Below are positions 18,496-27,534 of a stretch of 64,000 bases of DNA, piece by piece; the first letter of the stretch is position 1, and each line of letters opens with the position of its first letter. Source of the DNA: Patescibacteria group bacterium. Lineage in GTDB: Bacteria > Patescibacteriota > Patescibacteriia > Patescibacteriales > UBA12465. The stretch spans positions 15,695 to 79,694 of the forward strand of contig JAQUWT010000001.1 of NCBI GenBank assembly GCA_028692765.1, given 5' to 3'. Below the pieces are notes generated by a model. It worked only from the letters and a program-made list of their open reading frames with translations. It made no database searches and was not told the DNA's origin. The position numbers and the translations under genes were made by a program.

Positions 18496-18530
18496 AAATA
18501 TCAGTCCGCGCCTTCGGGCTGATATTTATT
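18496..18530. terminator. Bidirectional terminator ending the defence operon
   Basis: aaatatcagtccg...cgggctgatattt hairpin between convergent genes. Confidence 0.65.
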
Positions 18531-18549
18531 TTAACTTTATTATCTTTTT

Positions 18550-19098
18550 TTATTCCTCAAACACCAGGCTATCGATAATCGTCGGCATTGATGCCAAGGG
18601 AGCGGTAATCACGAATATATTGCTATCTTTGGAAAAAATGATGATTTGCGGGTCGGGAAAGTCTTCGCCATTGTTTGCGACTTCATGCGCAGAGATGCCG
18701 CTTTGCCCGGCAATGTCGATGTTTTCGTCTTTAAGATATCGACTGGATTTTAATTTTTTATTTTCTGTTTCCAGCCAAGATTCCGCATCGGGAAATTGTT
18801 GTTTGGCAAAAACTTGGATGCTTATACCCGGTCCACCTCCTTGAGAAAAGACAACGCCGTTATTTTCCAAGGAAATGACATCCAGATTGCCGGGGTAGGA
18901 TAATCTATATTTAAGAGGCCTATTAGTATAGGTTTTTAATTTTATTTCTCCCACGTTCTCCGCTTGGCTTTTTGTTTGATTATAGTAAGCAATTTGCCGG
19001 CATTTGCTTTGGATAAGGAGAATTGCGGTCATTAGAGCCAGTACGATGATGGCGCTGCCGGCAACGATTATTTTTTGATTGTAAGTATTTTTAATCAT
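18550..19098 (-). CDS. Membrane-anchored extracytoplasmic protein (PsbP-like)
   Basis: N-terminal TM, KTYTN..YRLSYP motif and terminal IIDSLVF typical of CPR PsbP-related proteins. Confidence 0.6.
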   Translation of the reverse strand: MIKNTYNQKIIVAGSAIIVLALMTAILLIQSKCRQIAYYNQTKSQAENVGEIKLKTYTNRPLKYRLSYPGNLDVISLENNGVVFSQGGGPGISIQVFAKQQFPDAESWLETENKKLKSSRYLKDENIDIAGQSGISAHEVANNGEDFPDPQIIIFSKDSNIFVITAPLASMPTIIDSLVFEE

Positions 19099-19343
19099 AT
19101 AAATTAAGATGCTTTTATATTATAGCATAATGGCATAACATTTGTTTAAAAAATAAATAGAATTAATTAACGATATATAATCGTATAAAGCGGCGGGGAA
19201 GCTCCAGAGATTTGCCGACAGGCAAATGTCGCGGCGGATGAGCCGATTAGTGTCCTAATTTTAGAGTAATTTTTTATATATTCTCAAACAGGATTAGAAT
19301 ATAAGCGCTTATTTTAGTATAATGATGATATAGAGCTACATTT

Positions 19344-20339
19344 ATGAAAATAAAAGACATCAATCAAGGCGTCAGAAAAGCGGCCGCCGAAACCGGCTTT
19401 AAAATCGGTAAGGAAATTTATCGGGGAACTTATTACACGGAAGGCAATTTGAGAAATATTATTTATGACGGTTTTTATAAAAACAAGCCGGCCGTATTGA
19501 AATTTTATGATGATCCCCGAATTACGGATGAAGCGGCCTCGCTGAAAGAGTTTTTAAAAAATAATAAAAGCGTAATTTTGACGGCGCCGAAACTATACAG
19601 AAGCAAAGTTCTTTCGGCTCATTCGGGGTGGATGATTGTCGAGAAAATACCCGACAGTTATCATAAATATGAAATTCCATTGGATAAGATTGAGCGGGAA
19701 GAATTTTTGAAAATATTTTTGGAATACAGAAAGAATTTTTCTCTTAAGCCGGGCAGGAAATTATTTTTAACCGAAAAGCTTTCGTCTGATAATTTTTATA
19801 TTTTTAGAATAAGCAGGTGGTTGGAATTGGCGCAGAATAAAGAGGCCGACAGGCTGATGAACGGCAAGCGCAATCTTCTCGATGAAGATTTTTTAAAGAT
19901 GCTTGCGCCGGCTTTATCGAAGATAAGAGAGGAATGCAAAAACATCAAGATGATTTGGTGCCACGGCCACTTCAAGCCGTCTGAAATTTTTACCGACCGG
20001 GCAAGGACTAAGTATTATTTGACCGATTTTGCGCACACCGCCATGTTTCCCGAAGGATATGAACTCGCCTTTATGATCTGGTCCGATTATTTAATGGCGG
20101 ATGATAAGTGGAAGATGCCGTATCGGCACTGGAAGAAGGGCCTTGATGCTTGGATTATGGATGTCGAAAAAATAGCCAAGGAATTGGGATTTAATAATTA
20201 TAAAAGGTTAATTAGAGTTAGCTTGATAGAGAGAGTCTTGGGGACGATATTGGCTGACATTACCGCCTCGGATAGGCTGGAGCAAGAAAAAGAAAGGGGA
20301 ATCAGCCTAATGACGAGGCTTTTAAAAGATTTATTGTAG
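19344..20339 (+). CDS. APH/kinase-like fold protein with altered catalytic loop
   Basis: AVLKFY, APKLY, WCHGHFKPSEI (HGD-like loop), LTDFAH (DFG-like), YELA. Confidence 0.7.
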   Translation: MKIKDINQGVRKAAAETGFKIGKEIYRGTYYTEGNLRNIIYDGFYKNKPAVLKFYDDPRITDEAASLKEFLKNNKSVILTAPKLYRSKVLSAHSGWMIVEKIPDSYHKYEIPLDKIEREEFLKIFLEYRKNFSLKPGRKLFLTEKLSSDNFYIFRISRWLELAQNKEADRLMNGKRNLLDEDFLKMLAPALSKIREECKNIKMIWCHGHFKPSEIFTDRARTKYYLTDFAHTAMFPEGYELAFMIWSDYLMADDKWKMPYRHWKKGLDAWIMDVEKIAKELGFNNYKRLIRVSLIERVLGTILADITASDRLEQEKERGISLMTRLLKDLL

Positions 20340-20388
20340 CTGGGCGATTATAATATTATTTTATCATATAAATAATGAGGCGAAACTT

Positions 20389-20403
20389 CCTCATCCCGTG
20401 CGT
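20389..20403 (+). repeat. attR-like direct repeat
   Basis: CCTCATCCCGTGCGT identical to tRNA-Trp 3' end; followed by terminator hairpin 20407-20432. Confidence 0.85.
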
Positions 20404-20453
20404 AATAAAAAACCAGATTTCTCTGGTTTTTTTGTGTTTAGCGATTCTTATCT

Positions 20454-21106
20454 TTACCTATTGCAAAATGCAAATCGTCTTAAGGTCTTCCTTTTTACAA
20501 ATGAGCCTCCGTTTCCAGAGGAAAAGATGCGACCCATTATAATTTCATTGAGCGCTAGGATAATATAATTGTATCCCGTCTTTGTTACCCTTTCTTCTAA
20601 AGTTTTGGCAGTATCTTCCGGTCTTATAAGTACCGGAATTTGAATAATGCCAGAACCGCGATTTAGTTTATTGACAAAGTGCATTGATATAGCGCTTTGA
20701 TCAATTTCTCCGCGTTTATAAGCGGCAATAATTTCTTTATAAATTTTTGATCCTTGCAAATTTTTATCATTAATCCATGGGAACGGTCCGTGACATATAT
20801 TGATAATCCTTCCTTCTTCCGATTCCGCGATTGGCTTTGGCCAATCTGCATAGATAATATAGTCTGGCTGAAATTTTGTAATTATATTTTGATACTCTTC
20901 AGTATTATTTGGTTCCATAAAATATATGAAAGGAATTTTTAAAGATTGAGCTCTTTGAAAAATTTCGCCGTTATGGTAGTCAAAGACGACCCCTACAACT
21001 TTGGCTTTAATCATTGCCGGGTTCGTTCTTGACCTTTCGATAATTTCTTGAAACCAATATCCGCTCTTGATTTTTTTCCGGATTCAAAAATAAGAATTTT
21101 TTTCAT
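20454..21106 (-). pseudogene. Frameshifted, degenerate PurN-like formyltransferase
   Basis: ATG at 21106 gives MKKILIFESGKK, then the frame breaks in an A7 run; -1 frame continues IKSGYWFQEIIERSRTNPAMIKAKVVGVV into ORF 20454..21014 (SAISMHFV, IQIPVLIRPEDTAKTLEERV); catalytic NIHP reads NICH. Confidence 0.65.
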
Positions 21107-21257
21107 TTTGCTTTGGTTTAATTGATTTAAGGTACGAGAATTTTTGGGAAAAATTAATTTTATAGCATAAAGCTTTTTATACTTTTTGTAAAGACTGCTC
21201 GTTTTACCTTTTTATCTTTTTGGCCTTTTTTCGGTTTTTAGGGTAGAATTAAGATGT

Positions 21258-21761
21258 ATGCCAAAAACCATTATCGTTAACGATTTAATGCAAAAGGGCT
21301 ATAGGTACCAGCTGACGGAGCCGATGGGCCGTAATTTTGATTCCGAATTCAAACCGGAGCTTAGCCCCAAGGAAATGCTGGCTCTCGGCGTTTTCGGAGG
21401 CAGATACATGACCGATTGCCGGCAGGAATTCCCGGCCGACTGGTATCGGGGGGCGAAGCTGTGCGCTCGCTTCCACGACCCGAAGTTAAATTTCTTCGGC
21501 GTTAATGCCAGCCAGCCTTTATCGGTCTGGCGCTTTAAGGGCTGGATTCACCCCGATGATCCCAGGGGCTGGTTCCAATGGTATTGCCGCTATTATCTCG
21601 GCCGGCGGCATGAGGATGATAAAAGGCAGATTAGGCGCTGGCGGGCTTTCCGCCGCCATTTACTGGCGGTACAGAAAAATTGCCGGCGGGGTGATTTTAA
21701 GTGCCGACCCAAACAGAGGCAAGCGCTTTTGCACTGGGCCTATGACAGCCGGAAAGCCTGA
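21258..21761 (+). CDS. Conserved hypothetical protein
   Basis: PKEMLALGVFGGRY, DPRGWFQWYCRYY.GRR, RQALLHWAYD: conserved-looking family of unknown function. Confidence 0.8.
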   Translation: MPKTIIVNDLMQKGYRYQLTEPMGRNFDSEFKPELSPKEMLALGVFGGRYMTDCRQEFPADWYRGAKLCARFHDPKLNFFGVNASQPLSVWRFKGWIHPDDPRGWFQWYCRYYLGRRHEDDKRQIRRWRAFRRHLLAVQKNCRRGDFKCRPKQRQALLHWAYDSRKA

Positions 21762-21825
21762 AGAGTATTTATTTCAGATAATAAAAAACTATCCTTTTGG
21801 GGATAGTTTTTTGATTTGATGTCTT

Positions 21826-22878
21826 TTATATTTCCGGCGCGTGTGCCAAGCCATGCGCTTGGCTTTCGTGATAGCCGGCACTGCTGATTTCTATAAAGTC
21901 GGCTTTGCCTTTTAAAGATTCGATATCTTTGGCGCCAATATAAGTCATGCCTGAGGCGAGCCCGCCCAGCAGTTTGTTGACTATGGGAACAATCGACCCT
22001 TTGTATGGAATTTTAGTCATTTCACCTTCAACGTGAACCACTTCATCTATCTTCGAGCCGTCAAGCGTCATTTTTTTCACGGTTGCCAATAGGCTCGCCA
22101 TGCCTCGATATTCTTTGTATTGTCTATCATCGATAGTGATGATTTCACCGGGGCTTTCAGCGGTGCCGGAAAAGAAAGAGCCGGACATAATACAGTCAGC
22201 GCCGGCGCCGATAGCTTTGACGATATCTCCAGAGTATTTTAAGCCCCCGTCGGCGCACAAAGGCACTCGCCCCTGGCTGGCTTCATAGACATCCATAATA
22301 GCAGTTAGTTGTGGGACGCCGGCACCGGCCATAATCCGCGTTGTGCACATGGAACCGGGGCCGATACCGATTTTAATTGCATCCGCTTTTTTACTGATAA
22401 AATACTCAGCCGCATCTTTCGTGGCGACATTGCCGACCATGACATCTATTTGCGGGTACTTGGATTTGATGTAATCCAGCGTTTTGCCGGCTCTTTTGGA
22501 ATGCCCGTGAGCGACATCAAGAACAATTATATCGACGCCGGCAGTAATTAAAGCCGGCAGGCGCTCTTCGTAATCCTTAATGCCTAAAGCGGCGGCGCTT
22601 AATAATTTTTGTTTTTTCACTTTAGCCACTTCTTGCGCCTGTTGTTCAATGCTTAAAAAACGATGAAGAATGCCTAAACCTCCTAAGCGGCCGAGGGCAA
22701 TCGCCATTTCGCTTTCGCACACCGTATCCATGTTAGCGGCCAGAATGGGAATATCGATTTTATGATTTTTGGTGACTTGAGTTTGAAAATTAACATCTCG
22801 CCGAGATATAATTTTATTATATTTAGGCACAATGAGCACATCGTCAAAAGAATAGCCGCGGCCAATGATTCTTGCCAT
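21826..22878 (-). CDS. IMP dehydrogenase/GMP reductase family protein without CBS domains
   Basis: [41 protein letters not shown]. Confidence 0.9.
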   Translation of the reverse strand: MARIIGRGYSFDDVLIVPKYNKIISRRDVNFQTQVTKNHKIDIPILAANMDTVCESEMAIALGRLGGLGILHRFLSIEQQAQEVAKVKKQKLLSAAALGIKDYEERLPALITAGVDIIVLDVAHGHSKRAGKTLDYIKSKYPQIDVMVGNVATKDAAEYFISKKADAIKIGIGPGSMCTTRIMAGAGVPQLTAIMDVYEASQGRVPLCADGGLKYSGDIVKAIGAGADCIMSGSFFSGTAESPGEIITIDDRQYKEYRGMASLLATVKKMTLDGSKIDEVVHVEGEMTKIPYKGSIVPIVNKLLGGLASGMTYIGAKDIESLKGKADFIEISSAGYHESQAHGLAHAPEI

Positions 22879-23040
22879 ATTTTTATATTTTAAAAGTTTA
22901 AATCCGTTGTTTATTATGCTCTTTTTATGGGGATAAGTAAAGGAGAGTTAAATTACAATACCACCCTTAAATCCGGTAATTACTATCTATTTTCCTTGAT
23001 GTGCGCTAAAATATAGCTATATATCTTAATATTTAAACCT

Positions 23041-23781
23041 ATGAACTTAGAAAACAAAGTCGCGATTGTCACCGGTGCCGGACGCGGTATCGGCCGGGGC
23101 ATCGCCTTGGCCTTAGCTAGCGCCGGCGCTTCGGTGGTGGTCAGCGATGTCAGTTTAGTCGATTGCGTCAGCGCCGCCGCCGAAATCAAGGATAAGGGCG
23201 GCAGAGCTCTAGCTTTGCCATGCGATGTCGCCGATAGCGAAGCAGTAAGCAAGCTGATGACCGATACGATGGCGGAATTTGAGCGGATAGATATTTTAGT
23301 CAATAATGCCGGTATCTACCCCTTTAAGCCGTTTTTGGAAATGAATGTCGATGACTGGGATAAAGTCATTGATGTTAATTTGAAGAGTATTTTTCTCTGT
23401 TCGCAAGCGGCGGCTAAATTAATGCCGGAGGGCGGAAAAATCGTCAGTATCTCTTCAATCGCCGCTTTTGTCGGCTTTGCCGGCTTGACTCATTACTGCG
23501 CTTCCAAGGGCGGTATCGTCGGCATGACCAGAGCGCTTGCCTTGGAATTGGCGGCTAAGAAAATTAATGTAAACAGCGTGGCTCCGGGGGCGATTGAAAC
23601 GCCGGGCGCCAGTACGGGCATGACGCCGGAGGCTAAGAAGCAGACCGAAGCGATGATTCCTTGGGGCAGGATGGGGGTGCCGGATGATATTGCCCAGGCA
23701 GTTGCTTTTTTGGTTTCGCCCCAAGCCGATTATATCACCGGCCAGACTTTAATTGTCGATGGCGGCTATACTTTGCGCTAG
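23041..23781 (+). CDS. SDR family oxidoreductase (FabG-like)
   Basis: TGAGRGIG, NNAG, YCASK. Confidence 0.93.
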   Translation: MNLENKVAIVTGAGRGIGRGIALALASAGASVVVSDVSLVDCVSAAAEIKDKGGRALALPCDVADSEAVSKLMTDTMAEFERIDILVNNAGIYPFKPFLEMNVDDWDKVIDVNLKSIFLCSQAAAKLMPEGGKIVSISSIAAFVGFAGLTHYCASKGGIVGMTRALALELAAKKINVNSVAPGAIETPGASTGMTPEAKKQTEAMIPWGRMGVPDDIAQAVAFLVSPQADYITGQTLIVDGGYTLR

Positions 23782-23809
23782 GGAGACTCAGTTTTAACAG
23801 AGATTATTT

Positions 23810-24136
23810 ATGCGTTTTGATTCACCCTTATCTTATCTATTATTATGCTGGCTGGTGGTGAATTTATCGGCTTTCATTTTAATGATGATTGACAAGATGA
23901 AAGCGGCTGATGCCGGCAGCCGCCGCATTTCTGAGGGGCAATTATTTTTTATGGCCGCCGCTTTTGGGGCTGTCGGAGTATATGCCGGGATGTTCGCCTG
24001 CAGGCACAAAACCAGAAAATGGTATTTTATATTAGGCGTGCCCTTGCTGATTGCGCAGAATTTTGCTTTTATATATCTATTGTCTCAGTTATTTTTTATT
24101 CCAGACGGAAATTTTCAATTTATTTTTTTAAGATAG
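23810..24136 (+). CDS. DUF1294 membrane protein
   Basis: DKMKA...RRISE..L, RHKTRK motifs. Confidence 0.85.
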   Translation: MRFDSPLSYLLLCWLVVNLSAFILMMIDKMKAADAGSRRISEGQLFFMAAAFGAVGVYAGMFACRHKTRKWYFILGVPLLIAQNFAFIYLLSQLFFIPDGNFQFIFLR

Positions 24137-24157
24137 AAGATAATATTATTTAAATTT

Positions 24158-24697
24158 ATGAAAAATTTTAGAGGAGAAACGAGGCGGTCGGGTGGATTCG
24201 GAGGAAAAAGAGACTTTGGCGGACGCGCTTCCTTTGGCAAGCCGCAGCGCGGCTCTTTCGGCGGACATGACAAGGAGCGTCCGGCTATGTATCAAGCAGT
24301 CTGCAGCGATTGCGGCGCTGCTTGCGAGGTTCCTTTCCGACCCACTTCCGGCAAGCCGGTTTTTTGCGATTCCTGTTTCCGCGGTTTTGACCAAAAGCGG
24401 CCGGAAGCCAAGATGCCTCCGCGTGATAATTATCGGGAACAGTTAAGCGCCGTTCATACCAAGCTTGATCGCATTATCGATATTTTGCAGGCGGATGATT
24501 TTTTGACTGCGGCGGCTGGGAAGATAAAGCGTTTTGAAAAGGCGGAGATAGCTCCTGCCGTCAAGAAATTGGAAAAAGCGGCGCAGTCGGCGGCGGAAGA
24601 CATTGAATCCGGTATTAAATCAGCCAAGAAAATTGTTAAAAAAGTGAAGAAAGAAGCAAAGGCGACGATTGTCAAGGCGAAGAAAAAAATTAAATAA
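24158..24697 (+). CDS. CxxC-x17-CxxC domain protein
   Basis: CSDC-GAACEVPFRPTSGKPVF-CDSC; RG-rich N-terminus, Lys-rich tail. Confidence 0.88.
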   Translation: MKNFRGETRRSGGFGGKRDFGGRASFGKPQRGSFGGHDKERPAMYQAVCSDCGAACEVPFRPTSGKPVFCDSCFRGFDQKRPEAKMPPRDNYREQLSAVHTKLDRIIDILQADDFLTAAAGKIKRFEKAEIAPAVKKLEKAAQSAAEDIESGIKSAKKIVKKVKKEAKATIVKAKKKIK

Positions 24698-24782
24698 GCA
24701 GATTGAAATTTCAAAAATTCGTTGCTAAGATAGAAAGACGGGTCTTTATTCCCGTCTTTTTATTCAAACTATAATCAACTTC

Positions 24783-26066
24783 ATGAAAAATATATCTTGG
24801 CGTCTGGCTCCGGTGGCGGGCGCTCTGGCCATTATCGCCGCCGCTTTGCTTTGGAGCGTAGACGGCCTTTTCCTCCGTCCCCAGTTTTATGTCCTTCCCG
24901 CCGCTTTAGTGGTTTTTTGGGAACACTTTTTCGGTTTTTTAGCTCTGAGTCCTTTTTTATATGTCTATCGCCGGCAAATTAGAGCTTTAAGTCGCCAGAG
25001 CTGGCTGGCAATATTTTGGATTAGTCTTTTCGGCGGCCTGGTCGGCACTTTGTTTATCACCAAAGCTTTTTTTGCCGCTTTTGCCGGCAGTGTCAGCTTT
25101 GCCACGGTCGTTATTTTGCAGAAGTTGCAGCCGATTTTTGCCTTGCTGTTAGCGCGGCTGGTTCTGAAAGAAAAATTGCCGCGCCAATTTTATTTATGGG
25201 CGGGGCTAGCGATTGCCGCTAGTTATGTCTTAGCTTTTGCCGCTTCCGGTTTGGATATAAGGGCCATCGATTGGCGCCATAGCGCCGCCTTGTTTGCCTT
25301 TATTGCCGCTTTTGCTTTCGGCTCTTCCACAGTTTTTGGCAAGCGCATCGCCAATCATTTGAATTTTCGGGCGGTAGCAGCTTTACGCTTTGCGCTTACC
25401 AGTCTTCTATCTTTAATTTTATTGCTTGCTACCGGTGCTTTTAGGAGCGATTTAATCGCCGCGTATCAATGGTGGCTTCTTCTCCTTATCGTCTTTACCA
25501 GCGGCGCCGGCGCGATGTTTATATATTATTTCGGCCTGCGCCGGGTGAGTGCCTCCGCGGCCACGATTCTGGAGTTATTCTGGCCTTTTTCCGCTCTTAT
25601 TCTTGATTATGTTTTTAATCATAACTATTTGAATTTAGCGCAGAGCCTGGCTTTTTTTGCCCTCTTGTTTGCTTTTCTAAAGGTATCGGTTCTAAGCAGG
25701 CACAGTTTGCCCTCCTTTTCTGCGCGAGTTATTCGCGGCCAAGGACGGGGCAGGGGTTTGGGCTTTCCGACGGCTAATCTTGATAGGGCGGATTTGGATA
25801 TGCCTCACGGCATCTATGCTGTCAGTGTCGGTCTGGGAGATAGGAGATATGGCGGATTGATGCATTTCGGCTTTAAAGACGTGTTTAAAGAAGATGTATC
25901 GATGGAAGTGTTTATTAAAGATTTTTCTGGAGATATCTATGGCGAAGTTTTGCAGGTTAAAGTGTTGCAGAAAATCAGGGAAGTGCGCCGTTTTGAGAAT
26001 CAAGACGAGTTGATTGCCGCTATCAATGGCGACTTGCAGGTTTTGGAGGCTTTAGGGGAGAAATAG
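24783..26066 (+). CDS. EamA/DMT transporter fused to C-terminal riboflavin kinase domain
   Basis: About ten TM EamA repeats, then GQGRGRGLGFPTANL, GIYAV, EVFIKDFSGDIYG, IREVRRF..DELI..I.GD (flavokinase). Confidence 0.88.
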   Translation: MKNISWRLAPVAGALAIIAAALLWSVDGLFLRPQFYVLPAALVVFWEHFFGFLALSPFLYVYRRQIRALSRQSWLAIFWISLFGGLVGTLFITKAFFAAFAGSVSFATVVILQKLQPIFALLLARLVLKEKLPRQFYLWAGLAIAASYVLAFAASGLDIRAIDWRHSAALFAFIAAFAFGSSTVFGKRIANHLNFRAVAALRFALTSLLSLILLLATGAFRSDLIAAYQWWLLLLIVFTSGAGAMFIYYFGLRRVSASAATILELFWPFSALILDYVFNHNYLNLAQSLAFFALLFAFLKVSVLSRHSLPSFSARVIRGQGRGRGLGFPTANLDRADLDMPHGIYAVSVGLGDRRYGGLMHFGFKDVFKEDVSMEVFIKDFSGDIYGEVLQVKVLQKIREVRRFENQDELIAAINGDLQVLEALGEK

Positions 26067-26338
26067 GCCTTATCTTGACATTTTTTACATTTTAGATTAG
26101 CTTAGATATATAAGATATTATGTACATTATATTGGGTGTGGCAAGCTAAGCTTAGAACCTTATATTTCTAGCCGCTTGCGCGCGCCTCTCTTCCTAGACG
26201 GCCCTTAGTTTCATTGGTTTGTAAATGCATGGTTTGGTTAAGTTTGCCTTTTTCGGGCTGTCTTGCCTCGGCTGCCTTTAACTTATGTTATTGGCAGCTT
26301 TCTTTTTAAGCGGCTTTAAAGCTTGCTTTTTTTAATGG

Positions 26339-26369
26339 ATTAACTATAATTAATTTACTTATAGTTAAT
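26339..26369. promoter_or_regulatory. Palindromic operator overlapping suf promoter -10
   Basis: ATTAACTATAA-N9-TTATAGTTAAT; TTGCTT (26323-26328) and TATAAT (26345-26350). Confidence 0.65.
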
Positions 26370-26383
26370 AGATATATATTATC

Positions 26384-26779
26384 ATGTTTCAAATTAACGC
26401 TAAAACCGATTATGGCTTATTGATTATGTTGCAATTAGCCAAATTACCCGGAGAAATCATGCCCCTATCGCCCTTAGCCAAACATCTGAGGGTGTCTTCG
26501 CCATATTTAAGCCAGATTGCCAATTCTTTACAGAAAGCCGGTTTAATCAAGAGCCGGGAAGGGGCCGGCGGCGGCTATTATCTCGCCCGGCCGGCGCAGC
26601 AGATAAAAGTTTCGGAAATTCTGGAGGCCTTGTCCGGGGAAATGAAGGTGCGCTGCACCCACAGCCGGAATAAGACTTGCCCGCATTTTCAGCAATGCGG
26701 CCTCAAGAGCGCCTGGCCTTTGCTTTTAAATGATATTAAGTCCAGTTTAGCCAAGAGAAGTTTGGCTTCGCTGTTATAA
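26384..26779 (+). CDS. Rrf2 family (IscR-like) regulator
   Basis: KTDYGL, YLSQI...LIKSREGAGGGY wHTH; three Cys C-x7-C-x5-C. Confidence 0.92.
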   Translation: MFQINAKTDYGLLIMLQLAKLPGEIMPLSPLAKHLRVSSPYLSQIANSLQKAGLIKSREGAGGGYYLARPAQQIKVSEILEALSGEMKVRCTHSRNKTCPHFQQCGLKSAWPLLLNDIKSSLAKRSLASLL

Positions 26780-26785
26780 AATAAT

Positions 26786-27529
26786 ATGGATTTGTTATTA
26801 GTAAAAAATTTAAGCGTTTCCGCCGGCGATAAGGAAATTTTGCATGAGCTCAGTTTCTCCGTAGCTTTGGGCGAGAGCGTTGTTATTATGGGGCCGAACG
26901 GCTCCGGTAAAAGTACTCTGGCCAAGGTCTTGATGGGCCATCCCGATTATCAAATTACCGGCGGTCAGATTATTTTTCGGGATAAGGATATAACTGCGGC
27001 TAAGCCGGAAGAAAGAGCGGCGGCGGGTTTATTTTTAGCTTTTCAGGAGCCGCGGGAGATCGCCGGTTTAGAATTGTTTCCGTTTTTATTCGATGCCTAC
27101 AAGGCTTTGCAGGCTGCCCGCGGCCAAGATGCCGGCAGTGTTTTTGCTTTTAAGGCGAAATTGGATGATGAGTTAGCGGCCTTGGATATTAAGAGCGATT
27201 GGTCTAACCGCCATTTGAATCAGGATTTTTCCGGGGGTGAAAAGAAAAAAGCCGAACTTTTGCAATTGGCGCTGGCCAATCCGGTCTTGGCAATTTTTGA
27301 TGAAATCGATTCCGGTCTAGATGTTGATGCTTTAGAGGTGGCGGGCAAAGCCATTCAACGTTTTAAGAATGGTGATAATAGTCTCTTGGCGGTCACCCAT
27401 TATCAGCGCGTTCTTAAGTATATCAAGCCGGATAGAGTTTTGGTGATGTCTAAGGGTCGGATTGCGCAGAGCGGCGGGCCGGAACTGGCCGCTCGTTTAG
27501 AAAAAGAAGGATTTGCGAGCGTTATTTAA
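26786..27529 (+). CDS. sufC: Fe-S assembly ATPase SufC
   Basis: GPNGSGKST..MGHP, LFLAFQEP, FSGGEKKK, DEIDSGLDVD, THYQR. Confidence 0.96.
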   Translation: MDLLLVKNLSVSAGDKEILHELSFSVALGESVVIMGPNGSGKSTLAKVLMGHPDYQITGGQIIFRDKDITAAKPEERAAAGLFLAFQEPREIAGLELFPFLFDAYKALQAARGQDAGSVFAFKAKLDDELAALDIKSDWSNRHLNQDFSGGEKKKAELLQLALANPVLAIFDEIDSGLDVDALEVAGKAIQRFKNGDNSLLAVTHYQRVLKYIKPDRVLVMSKGRIAQSGGPELAARLEKEGFASVI

Positions 27530-27534
27530 TTATT

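Larger units (their letters stand above)
12343..20403. mobile_element. Integrase-less genomic island at tRNA-Trp 3' end
   Basis: 15-bp direct repeat CCTCATCCCGTGCGT at 12343-12357 and 20389-20403; visibly AT-rich interior with defence genes. Confidence 0.85.
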
